A stretch of DNA of 64,000 nt from Candidatus Spongiisociaceae bacterium (GCA_965262915.1 OZ253564.1:4896001-4960000); one strand, 5' to 3'; positions 21,616-31,159 are shown, counted from the stretch's first letter. The notes: generated by a model not told the origin, from the sequence alone. Translations and numbers: made by a program.

Positions 21616-21891
21616 AGGCCGGAGCGCATCATGCTCGAACCAGCGGACTCGGCGTCACCCGGCGAGGGGTCACGCGTCTACGGGCGCATCGAGGAGATCA
21701 TCTATCTCGGTGCGGTCACCCACTTCCACCTCTCGACGCCGTCGTTGGGCCGTTTGTCGAGCCAGAAGCTGTCCGACGAGGTGGCGTCGTCCCTCCACGT
21801 CGGCCAGGACGTCGTCGCCTCGTGGAACCGCGAGCACTCGCTCGTGCTGCCCGGTGGAGGGGTCGACGAGGTCGAGGCGGCCGCCGGGTAA
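21607..21891 (+). pseudogene. C-terminal TOBE fragment of a PotA-like ABC ATPase
   Basis: AVRPERI...G.IEEIIYLG...G..V..SW; no ATPase domain upstream. Confidence 0.75.
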
Positions 21892-21896
21892 AGGGC

Positions 21897-23477
21897 TCAG
21901 GCCCTGAGCACCGCGCCGTGGCGGGCTCCGGTCTCGGCGCCAGACACGATCGTCGGACCGCCGTTCACGATGAGGTGCTCGACCCCTACCGCCAGCCGGT
22001 TGGGATCTTCGAGGGAACCACGCTCGGCGAACCGGTCGCCGTCGAACACCGCGATGTCGGCCCTATGACCCTCACGTAGCTCACCGCGGTCGGCCAGCCC
22101 TACGCGGCCCGCCGGCTGCGCCGTGAGCTTGTGAACGGCCTCCTCGAGGGACAGGTGCGACGCCTCGCGCACCATGTGGCGGAAGAACCACGAGGCCCAG
22201 GTGTATGCGCCGAGGAAGGTCGTTTCGGCGAGCGGCCCGTCGATGCACAGCGCGGTGGCATCCGACTCCGTCGTGCATAGAGGATGGCGGAAGATCTCGG
22301 TCAGCATGTCCTCCTCGTAGCTGTGGACGATGACCAGAGCCGGGTGGGGATCGTCGCCTTCGGCGAGGAGAAGGTCGTAGATCGTGTCGAACACGTCGCC
22401 TCCTGGCGGAGTCAGGTCGGCCAGCGACCTTCCGACCCCCTCCGGCGACCCGTCGCTGGCGAACAAGAAGACGCGATCCCAGCCCCCCAGCCCGAACGAC
22501 GAGATGATGCTCTCATAGCGCTTGAGGCGGCGTCTCGCCGCCGGATCACGCAATCGGGCCGCGAGGTCGGCCGGTCCGCCTTCGAGCGCCCACTGCGGCA
22601 GGGAGGCGCTGAGGTTGGTGATGCCGTGGAGCCGTGTGTGTGCATCGAACTGCACGTCGAGCCCGTCGGCGACCGCGGCCTCGGCGAGCCCGATCATGGC
22701 CTCCAGGGCGCCGTCGGGAGCGCCGCGGTGGGGGATCAGATGCGAGAGCTGCAGCCTGACGCCCGATGCCATCGAGGCCCTGATGCCCTCTTCGACGGCC
22801 TCGATCGCAAGCAAGTCGCGCTCCCTCTCATGGGTGGCGTAGAGCCCGCCGCGTGCTGCGACGATGCGGCACAACTCGATGATCTCCTCTTCGGATGCAT
22901 GGTGCTCAGGCAGGTACTCCAGGCCGGTAGACAGCCCGAAAGCGCCGGCGTCCAGGGCGGCTTCGAGCAGCCTCGCCATGTCGCGGGTCTCGGAGGCCAT
23001 TGCCGGTCGGGCCACATCATCGACTGCAGCGATCCGGAGGTTGCCGTTGGGAACCAGGGTGGCAACGTTCACCACGGGGCGGAACTCGTCGAGAAGATCC
23101 AGGTAGTCGCCGAGGCTCCCCCAGTCGATCTTGAGCAGATCCTAGTACCCGTAGATGTTGCCCTTGAAGCGCTCGATGTCGCCCACGAAGGGCCCGCAGC
23201 CGTGGCCGCAGTTGCCGACCAACTCGGTGGTCACCCCCTGGTAGATCTGGCTCTGGGCCCTGGGGTCGACGAGCAGCGTGAAGTCCGAGTGGCTGTGGAT
23301 GTCGACGAAGCCGGGAGCGACCACCATTTCGGCGGCGTCGAGCGTGAGCGACGCCTCCCCACTCCGCAGATTCCCGATTGCGGCGATCCGGTCGCCGTTC
23401 ACACCGATGTCGGCGTTGCGGCCGGGAGCTCCCGTTCCGTCCACGACGAAGCCGCCGCTCACAACGATGTCAAACAT
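21897..23477 (-). pseudogene. N-acyl-D-amino-acid deacylase with one in-frame TAG
   Basis: VVAPGFVDIHSHSD, QGVTTE..GNCG, GLSTGLEY.P, G..ADIAVFD; two ORFs in the same frame separated by TAG at 23142-23144. Confidence 0.88.
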
Positions 23478-23488
23478 CGGTCTTCCCC

Positions 23489-24469
23489 TCACCACGCATC
23501 GGCGTAGAAGTTGCGAGGCCACGAGTGGTCCCGCAACTTCTCGAGCACCTCAGACACCAACAGCCGCCCGTCTGAGACGGCGCAATTCTGGCCCACATGA
23601 GCCAGCGAGCGCATCCCCGGGATAACGGTGGACACCGCGTCCTCGCTGAGACAGAAGCGCAGTGCGCCTTCGGCGAGGCTCGAGGCGTGCTCGGCGAGGG
23701 TCTCCGCTACTGCTCCGGCCCGGGCTACCGTCTCGGCCAGGCGGCCGCCTTTGAAGTAGCCGCGGCGCCAGTCACCGGCCGCAAACACGGTGTCGGAGCG
23801 GAGGGCACCAGTGAGGCCGCCCTCGTCGAATGGAGAACGGGCGATCACGCCGATGTCGAGTTCCTCGCATCGGGGCAGCAGGCGCTCGTGTGCCGACTGG
23901 TCGAAGAGGTTGTAGATCACCTGCACGGTGTCCACCAGTCCCGATTCCAACAGGCGCAGCACCGAATCGGGCTCATGATCGTTAGTGGACACCCCGAAGA
24001 ACCGGATCTTGCCCCCATTCTTGAGCGCCGACACCGCGTCCGCCCACTGGCCCTGGTCGGTCCAGGAGTCGGCCCAGAAGTGGAATTGCTGGAGATCGAT
24101 GTGGTCGGTGCCGAGACGGCGCAGGCTCTCCTCGGTGCACGATCGAATCCACCCCGGTGAATAGCAGTCCTCGACCGCCATGTCGTCGGTAGCGGGCCAC
24201 ACACGTGTCTCGAGCGGGACCTTGGTAGCGACAATGGGTGTGACATCCGGTCGGCTTACGAGGACCTCGCCTATCAACTCCTCCGACCGGCCTTCGCCGT
24301 ATCCGTACGCCGTGTCGATGAAGTTGACGCCCAAGTCCAAAGCGTGATGGAGGGCTTGCTTGGACCCCTCGTCGTCTCGCTCGCCCCAAGCCAGCCCACC
24401 GATGCCCCACGTCCCGATGCCGACTTCCGACACTTCCAGCCCGGTACACCCGAGCTTTCGGTAGCGCAT
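23489..24469 (-). CDS. Aldo/keto reductase
   Basis: LG.TGL.VSE.G.GTW, G.NFIDTA..YG.G.SE, ESL.RLGTD.IDL.Q.H. Confidence 0.93.
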   Translation of the reverse strand: MRYRKLGCTGLEVSEVGIGTWGIGGLAWGERDDEGSKQALHHALDLGVNFIDTAYGYGEGRSEELIGEVLVSRPDVTPIVATKVPLETRVWPATDDMAVEDCYSPGWIRSCTEESLRRLGTDHIDLQQFHFWADSWTDQGQWADAVSALKNGGKIRFFGVSTNDHEPDSVLRLLESGLVDTVQVIYNLFDQSAHERLLPRCEELDIGVIARSPFDEGGLTGALRSDTVFAAGDWRRGYFKGGRLAETVARAGAVAETLAEHASSLAEGALRFCLSEDAVSTVIPGMRSLAHVGQNCAVSDGRLLVSEVLEKLRDHSWPRNFYADAW

Positions 24470-24470
24470 C

Positions 24471-25175
24471 TCAACCTTCCGGGGGAAGCGGATTCCACTC
24501 TTCGTAGGTCATCCCGACGGCTTGTCGAGGCTCCTTGGTGCGGACGTGGTTGTAAATGTGCAGGTACGGCCGGTAGACATGGAGCAGGGAGCGAAGCTCG
24601 CCGACGGCGTCGGACGCGTGGAAGTCGATGCGCAAATCGATGTCGGGAAACGTATCCGTCTCGGCCACCACCAGCGTGGCCGAGCGCTCGTAGAAGTCCC
24701 CGCCCTGGCCTCCGGCATCGCGACCGGCCTCCAGGCCGGCCACCAAGCGATCCTCCACAGGATTACCCGCCGCCGACTCGAACGCATCGGCCATCGCTTC
24801 GACCACCCCTTCACCCTCGAGGGCGTTCCCCGTGGCGATGTAGCCGTCGCCGATGACGTGGCCGGACCAGTAGCCTGTCCTGTCCCCGGTGTGCGCAGCG
24901 GCGACCCCGTCCGGGGTCAGCACTGCCGTCTGGCGAAAGGCGTAGTCGGGATCAACGTCGGCCAACCCAGTGACGACTTCCCCAGGAGAGAGACCGCGCT
25001 CCAGCATGCCGGTTGCCACGGGGAGCAACCTGGGATCGGCGTACGCCTGGCTGGCGATCGCGCCGACCCCAGACCGGACCACCTGACAGTACCCGCCGGC
25101 GGCGATCGAGTGGGTGGCAATGCCGACGCCGACACGGCCCGTCGCAAAGTCACATCCGAGGATCGTGTAAGTCAT
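24471..25175 (-). CDS. DUF1028 family (Ntn-hydrolase-like) protein
   Basis: MTYTI, GVGAIASQA, RQ.AV, GN.L, AG..AGG, DLRID motifs. Confidence 0.85.
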   Translation of the reverse strand: MTYTILGCDFATGRVGVGIATHSIAAGGYCQVVRSGVGAIASQAYADPRLLPVATGMLERGLSPGEVVTGLADVDPDYAFRQTAVLTPDGVAAAHTGDRTGYWSGHVIGDGYIATGNALEGEGVVEAMADAFESAAGNPVEDRLVAGLEAGRDAGGQGGDFYERSATLVVAETDTFPDIDLRIDFHASDAVGELRSLLHVYRPYLHIYNHVRTKEPRQAVGMTYEEWNPLPPEG

Positions 25176-25400
25176 GTCGCCATTCCGCCTTTGCTGGTCA
25201 TTGCTGGTCCGGGCCGAGCCAACCGAACTCGTACGAGATCTGGTTGGCCGCTGCGATCACGAGAGCGGCGAGCGCGGCCTGGTCGTCCTCACCGGCGGGT
25301 GAAGCGACCGGGTCCGCTGTCGGCTGGGCCATCGGGGGTACCTCGTCGGGGGGTTTCCGATACTAGACCGCCGGGGTACCGGCAGACAGCCGCCCACGCG

Positions 25401-25583
25401 CTGGGGCGGGTCAGCCCCTGTCGAACTGGTCGTCGGTAAGCCGAGCGACGGCTTCGGGACCGGGCCGGGTGTAAACGCCGAGGGTGCGCAGATCCCCGGT
25501 GGCGGCTCTTGGCCTGCAGCATCACCGCCGAAGCTCCACCCTCCGGAGTGTCGGCCGAATAGGCACGACCCATAGCCCCGAGT
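25401..25583 (-). pseudogene. Tyrosine recombinase remnant 1 (internally deleted, frameshifted C-terminus)
   Basis: GGASAVMLQAKSRHR then (+1 shift) DLRTLGVYTRPGPEAVARLTDDQFDRG*, homologous to the C-terminus of 34987-35895. Confidence 0.75.
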
Positions 25584-25783
25584 ATCCCCCACCGGTAATG
25601 AGACAGCCCGGTAAATGCCCGGCTTCTACGACCCCAAGAATGGGAGAACCCCCGACCTTGCAGAGGTCCGGGGGCTCCCATGGGTGCTGGGATGTTAAGG
25701 ATACCAGAAACCTAACCGCCGACACCCAGCGACCGTCAACAACCGTGACCGACGGCCCGAACATGCGGTATTGCACATATCCG

Positions 25784-25816
25784 TCCCATACCTGCAATAA
25801 CCAGGCAGGTATGGGA
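25784..25816. other. Palindromic putative recombinase site TCCCATACCTGC-N9-GCAGGTATGGGA (copy 1)
   Basis: Perfect 12-bp arms around an asymmetric 9-bp spacer; upstream of recombinase remnant 1. Confidence 0.55.
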
Positions 25817-25932
25817 TGTTGTGGGGTTCGGTGTGGGTTGAGGGATCCCGATCGGGGGACGGGTTAAGGACCCGGGGGCTAGATGATGCCAGCGCTGGGG
25901 CTAGGAACCTCCACACCCGAGATCGTCGACCG

Positions 25933-26145
25933 CTAGGTGTCGTCCGTCCCAGACCCCGCCCCACGCTGCCGCCGGTCGAGGGCTTCCACGACGGCTTCTG
26001 CGACCGCGGCGGCGAAGCGGCGTCTGCCTCGCTCCGACCATGCCCGCCGTATCATCGGACCTACGATGATCCCCCCCAAAGCGATCCCACCGACGGTGAG
26101 GACCGTGGGAAGATCAGCATTGATAACAAGACCGCTGGTGTCCAC
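25933..26145 (-). CDS. 70-aa single-TM small protein (copy 1)
   Basis: Hydrophobic PTVLTVGGIALGGIIVGP followed by a basic tail; protein identical to 28320-28532; TACCTT -10-like box upstream. Confidence 0.55.
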   Translation of the reverse strand: MDTSGLVINADLPTVLTVGGIALGGIIVGPMIRRAWSERGRRRFAAAVAEAVVEALDRRQRGAGSGTDDT

Positions 26146-26223
26146 CGCGGAGAAGGTAGCACCAGTCGGGGAGCCACACCCCAGCGTGTCCGCCGCTCCA
26201 CCAACCCGGAGCCGCGGCTGCGC

Positions 26224-26324
26224 TCAGGCCCTGTCGAACTGGTCGTCGGTGAGCCGGGCGACGGCTTCGGGACCGGGCCGGGTGTAAACCCCGAGAGTGC
26301 GCAGATCCCGGTGGCGGCTCTTAG
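26224..26324 (-). pseudogene. Tyrosine recombinase remnant 2 (C-terminus, cut by IS1380)
   Basis: KSRHRDLRTLGVYTRPGPEAVARLTDDQFDRA*. Confidence 0.8.
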
Positions 26325-28140
26325 CCTGAATCCACCGACGGCCTCCCCGGGGGGTGGTCCGGGGTGCGGTTGGTGGGGGGTTGAGGGGTTGGGGCTGGTT
26401 GGATTCGGGGGGTTTCGGGGGTGTGGTGGGTGTGGTTTGGTGGGTTAGGTAGTGTTGGAGGCTGGTTGGGATGGTTTCGGGCGTGTGTGGTCGGGGTTTG
26501 GGTGGTTGGTTATGGTTGCGGCGGGTCCGTCGGGCCGGGTCAGCAGAGCTGTGGCAGCGCCCGGAGGTTAGTGAGGGTGGTTAGGTAGGCGCCGGCCCAG
26601 GGCCATCGGGCGGGTAGACGCAGGAGGCGGCGTCCGCCGTGGTTGACGAGGCGTCCAGGGAGTCCGAACAGTCGGGTACGGATGGTACGTCCACAGACCA
26701 GCCGCCCGGGCGGCTGCGTACCCCCGAGGAGGGCTATCTGCCGGTAGAGGTTATGGGCTAGGGCGGCGCAGATCAGCCAGGCGGCGTTAGCTGCGAAGAC
26801 GCCGGAGGGTAGGTGGGCGAGACCCCCGGAGTCTTTGAGGTCGCGGATGGCGAGTTCGCATGTGGCGTGGCGGCGGTGGTACCGGTCGATTTCGACCGCG
26901 GGCAGCGGGCTGTGCGCTTCCCCAGGGTTGTCACCGATCTCTACCACCGGCAGTTCGGCCACTTCGGTGTCTTGTTCTCCGCGGCGGGGTTGGTGGCCGG
27001 TGTCGTCTTGTCCGGCCCCGGGTTGGTGGCGCCGGTCGGCTTCTGCCGCGGGCAGGTCCAGGTTGGTGACGAACGCGTGGTATCGCCAGTCGGGCCACAG
27101 CTCGGCTTGGGAACCGAGCAGGCGGGTGCGGCGCACTACCAGGCGAACCCGGCGTTTCTGCGACCGTTTCTTGGGGTTGGTCATCTCCAGGACTGTTTCC
27201 CCCACTTGTGCCAGCCCGCCTTCGGGATAGGCAATGGGGGTCCACGCGTCTTTGTCGATATTGCTGATCAGTGTCCTAATCTTGGCATTCAGCGGGCAGG
27301 TGATCGACCAGCCCACCCCGAGGCGGTCGAGGGCGGCCAAGAGGGTATAGGACCAGAACCCCGAATCGGCCCGCACGCTCACCGGGCCCCTGGCCCCGGC
27401 CCGTCGCACACGCCGCACTGTCTCCCCAACGAAATGGACCACACCCCTCTGCGATGCTCCTTCCCGCAGACGGGCGCCGACCACTTCCCCCGTATCGGCT
27501 CGGAACGCCAACAGCGGGTGATAACCCAACTCTTTGGTGTAGCCATAGGCGGCCCCTTGTTTGGTCTTGGCAGACACCTCACAGATCGTCGAGTCCACAT
27601 CGAGGGTCACCGCTCCCTTACCGGGACCGGCGCCCGCCCCCCACGCACGGCCCAGCGCTACGGTCACCACCTTCTCCAACTGGCGTACATGACCCCAGGT
27701 GAACGAACGCAGGAAGGTTCCCACAGTGGACGGGGCCATCACCGCATGGGGCAACACCCGGTCGGTGGAACCCGCCCGGAGCCGATCCACATGGTCAATA
27801 TGGGAGGCGCCCACCAGCATCGCAGCTACCAACGTGCACACCTTACGACCCGGATGCGCGCCACCCACCCGGCCGCCCAACCGCACCGTCCGATCCACCA
27901 AACCTTCCAAACCCAAACGGTCCATCAACGTCCCGGCCGCCAACAACCCAGCGTCGGCCACCAGCCCCTCATCATCGAAAACCGCCCCATACCGGTCGAT
28001 ATTCTGCAATACTCCACTCACAGGAAGCGCCTCCAGACTCCGAGCCAATCACCATGTTTCGTATGGCTATTGTCCCAGATCAGAGGCACTTTCCGCGTCT
28101 ATCCACCCCCAACCACAGAATATCTACCGGTGGATTCAGG
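26325..28140 (-). mobile_element. IS1380-family insertion sequence
   Basis: 13-bp terminal IRs CCTGAATCCACCG / CGGTGGATTCAGG; flanked by TTAG and CTAA; contains transposase. Confidence 0.9.
26540..28048 (-). CDS. IS1380-family DDE transposase
   Basis: AGL...L...LGL, APST.GTFLRSF..GHVRQL, LDVDST, GYHPLLA, VRADSGF, HRRHA..E..IRDLK, LPSG.FAANAAWL, L.LP..WPW. Confidence 0.93.
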   Translation of the reverse strand: MARSLEALPVSGVLQNIDRYGAVFDDEGLVADAGLLAAGTLMDRLGLEGLVDRTVRLGGRVGGAHPGRKVCTLVAAMLVGASHIDHVDRLRAGSTDRVLPHAVMAPSTVGTFLRSFTWGHVRQLEKVVTVALGRAWGAGAGPGKGAVTLDVDSTICEVSAKTKQGAAYGYTKELGYHPLLAFRADTGEVVGARLREGASQRGVVHFVGETVRRVRRAGARGPVSVRADSGFWSYTLLAALDRLGVGWSITCPLNAKIRTLISNIDKDAWTPIAYPEGGLAQVGETVLEMTNPKKRSQKRRVRLVVRRTRLLGSQAELWPDWRYHAFVTNLDLPAAEADRRHQPGAGQDDTGHQPRRGEQDTEVAELPVVEIGDNPGEAHSPLPAVEIDRYHRRHATCELAIRDLKDSGGLAHLPSGVFAANAAWLICAALAHNLYRQIALLGGTQPPGRLVCGRTIRTRLFGLPGRLVNHGGRRLLRLPARWPWAGAYLTTLTNLRALPQLC

Positions 28141-28241
28141 CTAAGAGCCGCCACCGGGATCTGCACACTCTGGGGGTTTACACCCGGCCCGGTCCCGAAG
28201 CCGTCGCCCGGCTCACCGACGACCAGTTCGACAGGGCCTGA
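28141..28241 (+). pseudogene. Tyrosine recombinase remnant 3 (C-terminus, cut by IS1380)
   Basis: KSRHRDLHTLGVYTRPGPEAVARLTDDQFDRA*. Confidence 0.8.
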
Positions 28242-28319
28242 CAGCAGCGGCAGCTCCGGGTTGGTGGAGCGGCGGACACGCTGGGGTGTAGCCGCCCGAC
28301 TGGTGCTACCTTCTCCGCG

Positions 28320-28532
28320 GTGGACACCAGCGGTCTTGTTATCAATGCTGATCTTCCCACGGTCCTCACCGTCGGTGGGATCGCTTTGGGGGGGATCATC
28401 GTAGGTCCGATGATACGGCGGGCATGGTCGGAGCGAGGCAGACGCCGCTTCGCCGCCGCGGTCGCAGAAGCCGTCGTGGAAGCCCTCGACCGGCGGCAGC
28501 GTGGGGCGGGGTCTGGGACGGACGACACCTAG
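28320..28532 (+). CDS. 70-aa single-TM small protein (copy 2)
   Basis: Protein identical to 25933-26145. Confidence 0.55.
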   Translation: MDTSGLVINADLPTVLTVGGIALGGIIVGPMIRRAWSERGRRRFAAAVAEAVVEALDRRQRGAGSGTDDT

Positions 28533-28646
28533 CGGTCGACGATCTCGGGTGTGGATTCCTAGCCCCAGCGCTGGCATCATCTAGCCCCCGGGTCCTTAAC
28601 CCGTCCCCCGATCAGGATCCCTCAACCCACACCGAACCCCACAACA

Positions 28647-28679
28647 TCCCATACCTGCCTGGTTATTGCAGGTATGGGA
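28647..28679. other. Palindromic putative recombinase site (copy 2)
   Basis: TCCCATACCTGC-CTGGTTATT-GCAGGTATGGGA, upstream of recombinase remnant 4. Confidence 0.55.
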
Positions 28680-28894
28680 CGGACATGTGCAATACCGCAT
28701 GTTCGGGCTGTCGGGCACGGTCGCTGGGACAGGGCCGGGTGTCGGCGGTTGGGTTTCTGGTATCCTTAGCAACCCACACCCATGGGAGCCCCCGGACCTC
28801 TGCAAGGTCGGGGGTTCTCCCATTCTTGGGGTTGTAGAGGCCGGGCATTTACCGTGCCGTGTTGTTCGTTTCTCCCCACCTGTGGGTCCGGGTC

Positions 28895-29227
28895 CGGTGT
28901 CACCGGTTCATCCGGTGTGTCATGTGCCGTCTGTGGGTGGGCGGTGGAGGCGTTCTTCGCCGGCCGTGATCTGGCTTCGGCGACTTGTCGTACTTACCGT
29001 CAGGCTCTCGGTCCTCTCGTCGAAACGGTGGGTAGTGATCGTCCTGTCACCGACCTCGACGCCGACCGGGTAGCGGCTGTGTTCGAGGAGTTGTGGGCCG
29101 ACCACACGCCGGCGGCGTGGAACACTCGGCGGGTGGCGGTGCAGGCGTTCGCTTCGTGGTGTGGGGAGCGATGGCCCCTGGCCGGCGATCTGCTGGTGGG
29201 GGTGGGTCCACGCCGCCGGCGGACGGC
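28895..29227 (+). pseudogene. Tyrosine recombinase remnant 4 (N-terminus, frameshifted and truncated)
   Basis: VPSVG / AVEAFFAGRDLASATCRTYRQAL...LW....PAAWNTRRVAVQAFASW aligns with VPSLGRAVEQFLAAKPLSPNARRSY...WGNAAAATWNSR of 34987-35895. Confidence 0.8.
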
Positions 29228-29259
29228 TCCCCCAGGCAAGGAGCTATCCGCGCATCCTC
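29228..29259. mobile_element. Isolated end of MITE family B
   Basis: CCCCAGG...CTATCCGCGCATCCTC + TAA resembles the right end of 44829-44972. Confidence 0.6.
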
Positions 29260-29263
29260 TAAG

Positions 29264-29440
29264 CCTGGATCCACCGAAAGGGATGTGGGTGTGGTGTCGC
29301 CTGAGCGAATGGAAGGCTCTTGATCGTCTTGCGAACGCCACGTGGGCCTCGCCTGCGTCGGCTGCGTTGGCTGGTCCGGTGGCTGGTGGTGGACGGTTGT
29401 CCCGATCGTGGCTGCTGGCTATGCCCTCGACTGGCTCCTG
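29264..29440. mobile_element. Truncated IS1380-like end
   Basis: CCTGGATCCACCG (1 mismatch to the IS1380 IR) followed by G/T-rich DNA like the intact IS left end; right boundary approximate. Confidence 0.5.
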
Positions 29441-29457
29441 AGTTGATTACCCGCCTG

Positions 29458-29501
29458 CGGAGGGGTAGACCGCTGCCACCGGCGGTGAACAGCCAGGTAA
29501 C
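29458..29501 (+). repeat. 44-bp direct repeat, copy 1 (Tn3-IR-like GGGG start)
   Basis: 35/44 identical to 31297-31340. Confidence 0.7.
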
Positions 29502-29725
29502 CGGTTCCCCCAGCACGCCATGGCGGCTCTCCCCCCTCGAGGGTTTCGGGCGGAAACACCCCACAACCAGCTGTCAGAACGCTAACCAACACAACACAAA
29601 CGGCTAGAAGCCGGTCTACGGGCTGGGAGAACCCTGCCACGACCCAGGGAGGCTTAACCGCTCCGGTTTGTACGGTTCACCCGGACCGGCCAGAAATCAT
29701 CGGGGGTTGGGCGGGTCGGTCTGTT

Positions 29726-31159
29726 TCAGCTGGTGCAGCCTTGGCCGTCTCCGTCACGGTCCAAGCGGTAGGGGTCCACACCGGCCACGAGTACGGTTAC
29801 CGGTTTCTGCGCGGTGGTCAGGTCACCACAGTTGAGCGCGTCGCCTTCCAGGTAGGGGATGCACGGACTGTAATCAGGGTGGCATCCCTGTTCGGGGGTG
29901 CTGGTGGCGGTCGTAGTCGTCACTGCCGGTGCCGGCAGTGCCGCATCGGCAGCATCGTCGGGACAGTCCGAGATGATGCCCCTCAGGGTGTCAGCCTCGG
30001 CTGTGTCCACACTGAGTTCCCACCGTACCTTGACATGGATCCACGCCGCCGCATACCAACAACGCTGCGACACTTCGGGTGGCAGCCAAGTTGTGGGATC
30101 CTGCGCACCCTTCGAACGGTTCGACCCAGCAGACACCCCAACAAGGGAATGCTCGTAACCAAGATCGTTAGCGAACCGTTCCCTGTCCTGAGAGTCCCAG
30201 CTGTGGGCCCCGGACTCCCACGCTTCTTTGAGCGGGACTAGATGATCGATATCGAAACCGCGTCCGCTGCCCGTCTCGGTCAAAGCGTCGTAGCGACTCA
30301 CCCACACCCCACCCGACAGGACACAACCCCCACCAACCGTCGGTGCGGTCACAGCCTCGGCGATCAACACTTCGCGGCGGGTGTCGCAGCCGTCCCCATC
30401 CGCGTCGATCCAATGACGGAACAGGTCCCGGTCGTAACCGTCGGGCTGTTCCACCACCACAGACAACCCGTCCAACAAAACCACCAAACCCCCGTCAGCC
30501 ACCGGCGCCTCGAGGTCGAGGGCCCGCACCAAAAACGTCGCCATCTGCGCGCGGGTAACAGACTGATCCGGGCAGTAACGCAAAGGACCGGTCTTACACC
30601 CCGAAGTCACACCAGCCGCTGCTAGAGCATCAATATTCTCCTCATGTGTGTTGCCCCCGGTATCGGCAAAACCAGCCGCCGGCGCGGCTTCGAGGTCGAG
30701 GGCCCGCACCAAAAACGTCGCCATCTGCGCGCGGGTAACAGACTGATCCGGGCAGTAACGCAAAGGACCGGTCTTACACCCCGAAGTCACACCCAGGTCA
30801 GCAAGACGTTCGACATAACTCACCCACCAAACAGCGGGGTCCACATCGGCGAACCGTGTCTCGACTTCGGAACCTTCCGGTGCCTGGTTGAGGGCTCGGG
30901 TGACCCACACCGCCATAACCCAACGCAGAAGCGGATCCCCAGGACAGACCCGCCGTTCGCCGCATTCGGTACCGTCAAGAACCCCCGCCTCCGACAGCCT
31001 GTTAATCGACGGTTCGTGAACGCCCCCATCGTCGTCAAAACTATCCGATTCTGCTCCCACCACCACAGCAGCAGCCCCAACAGCAGCCAACGCGGCCACA
31101 GCCACCCACAACAAACGGAAACGCATCCCAACCCCAAACCAGACTCGCCAAACATGCAT
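29726..31159 (-). CDS. Secreted S-layer-homology protein with DUF1524 HNH nuclease and Excalibur-like C-terminus
   Basis: Signal peptide; SLH repeats (CPDQSVTRAQMATFLVRAL); YDRDLF.HW.D.DGDGCDTR, DIDHLVPL.EAW.SGA, NRSKG; LNC.D...DPYRLDRDGDG.GC. Confidence 0.88.
   Translation of the reverse strand: MHVWRVWFGVGMRFRLLWVAVAALAAVGAAAVVVGAESDSFDDDGGVHEPSINRLSEAGVLDGTECGERRVCPGDPLLRWVMAVWVTRALNQAPEGSEVETRFADVDPAVWWVSYVERLADLGVTSGCKTGPLRYCPDQSVTRAQMATFLVRALDLEAAPAAGFADTGGNTHEENIDALAAAGVTSGCKTGPLRYCPDQSVTRAQMATFLVRALDLEAPVADGGLVVLLDGLSVVVEQPDGYDRDLFRHWIDADGDGCDTRREVLIAEAVTAPTVGGGCVLSGGVWVSRYDALTETGSGRGFDIDHLVPLKEAWESGAHSWDSQDRERFANDLGYEHSLVGVSAGSNRSKGAQDPTTWLPPEVSQRCWYAAAWIHVKVRWELSVDTAEADTLRGIISDCPDDAADAALPAPAVTTTTATSTPEQGCHPDYSPCIPYLEGDALNCGDLTTAQKPVTVLVAGVDPYRLDRDGDGQGCTS

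Larger units (their letters stand above)
25609..26324. repeat. Left arm of ~715-bp inverted repeat flanking the IS1380 element
   Basis: Reverse complement aligns with 28141-28854, with scattered differences. Confidence 0.92.
28141..28854. repeat. Right arm of ~715-bp inverted repeat
   Basis: Aligns with reverse complement of 25609-26324. Confidence 0.92.

Noticed and set aside
17570-23477. Stop-codon recoding (pyrrolysine or TAG readthrough) in the CocE and D-aminoacylase genes
   Set aside because: One stop is TAA, one TAG replaces an expected Trp, many intact genes here end in TAG, no pyl genes are visible, and nearby genes are broken by frameshifts. Ordinary decay is simpler.
25609-28854. 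Pure assembly artefact (fold-back duplication)
   Set aside because: Arms carry multiple substitutions and indels and continue into different sequences. A misjoin at a collapsed IS cannot be fully excluded without reads.
30510-30793. DGR template/variable repeat pair
   Set aside because: Copies are identical (no adenine-specific differences), both lie within one ORF, and no reverse transcriptase is present.
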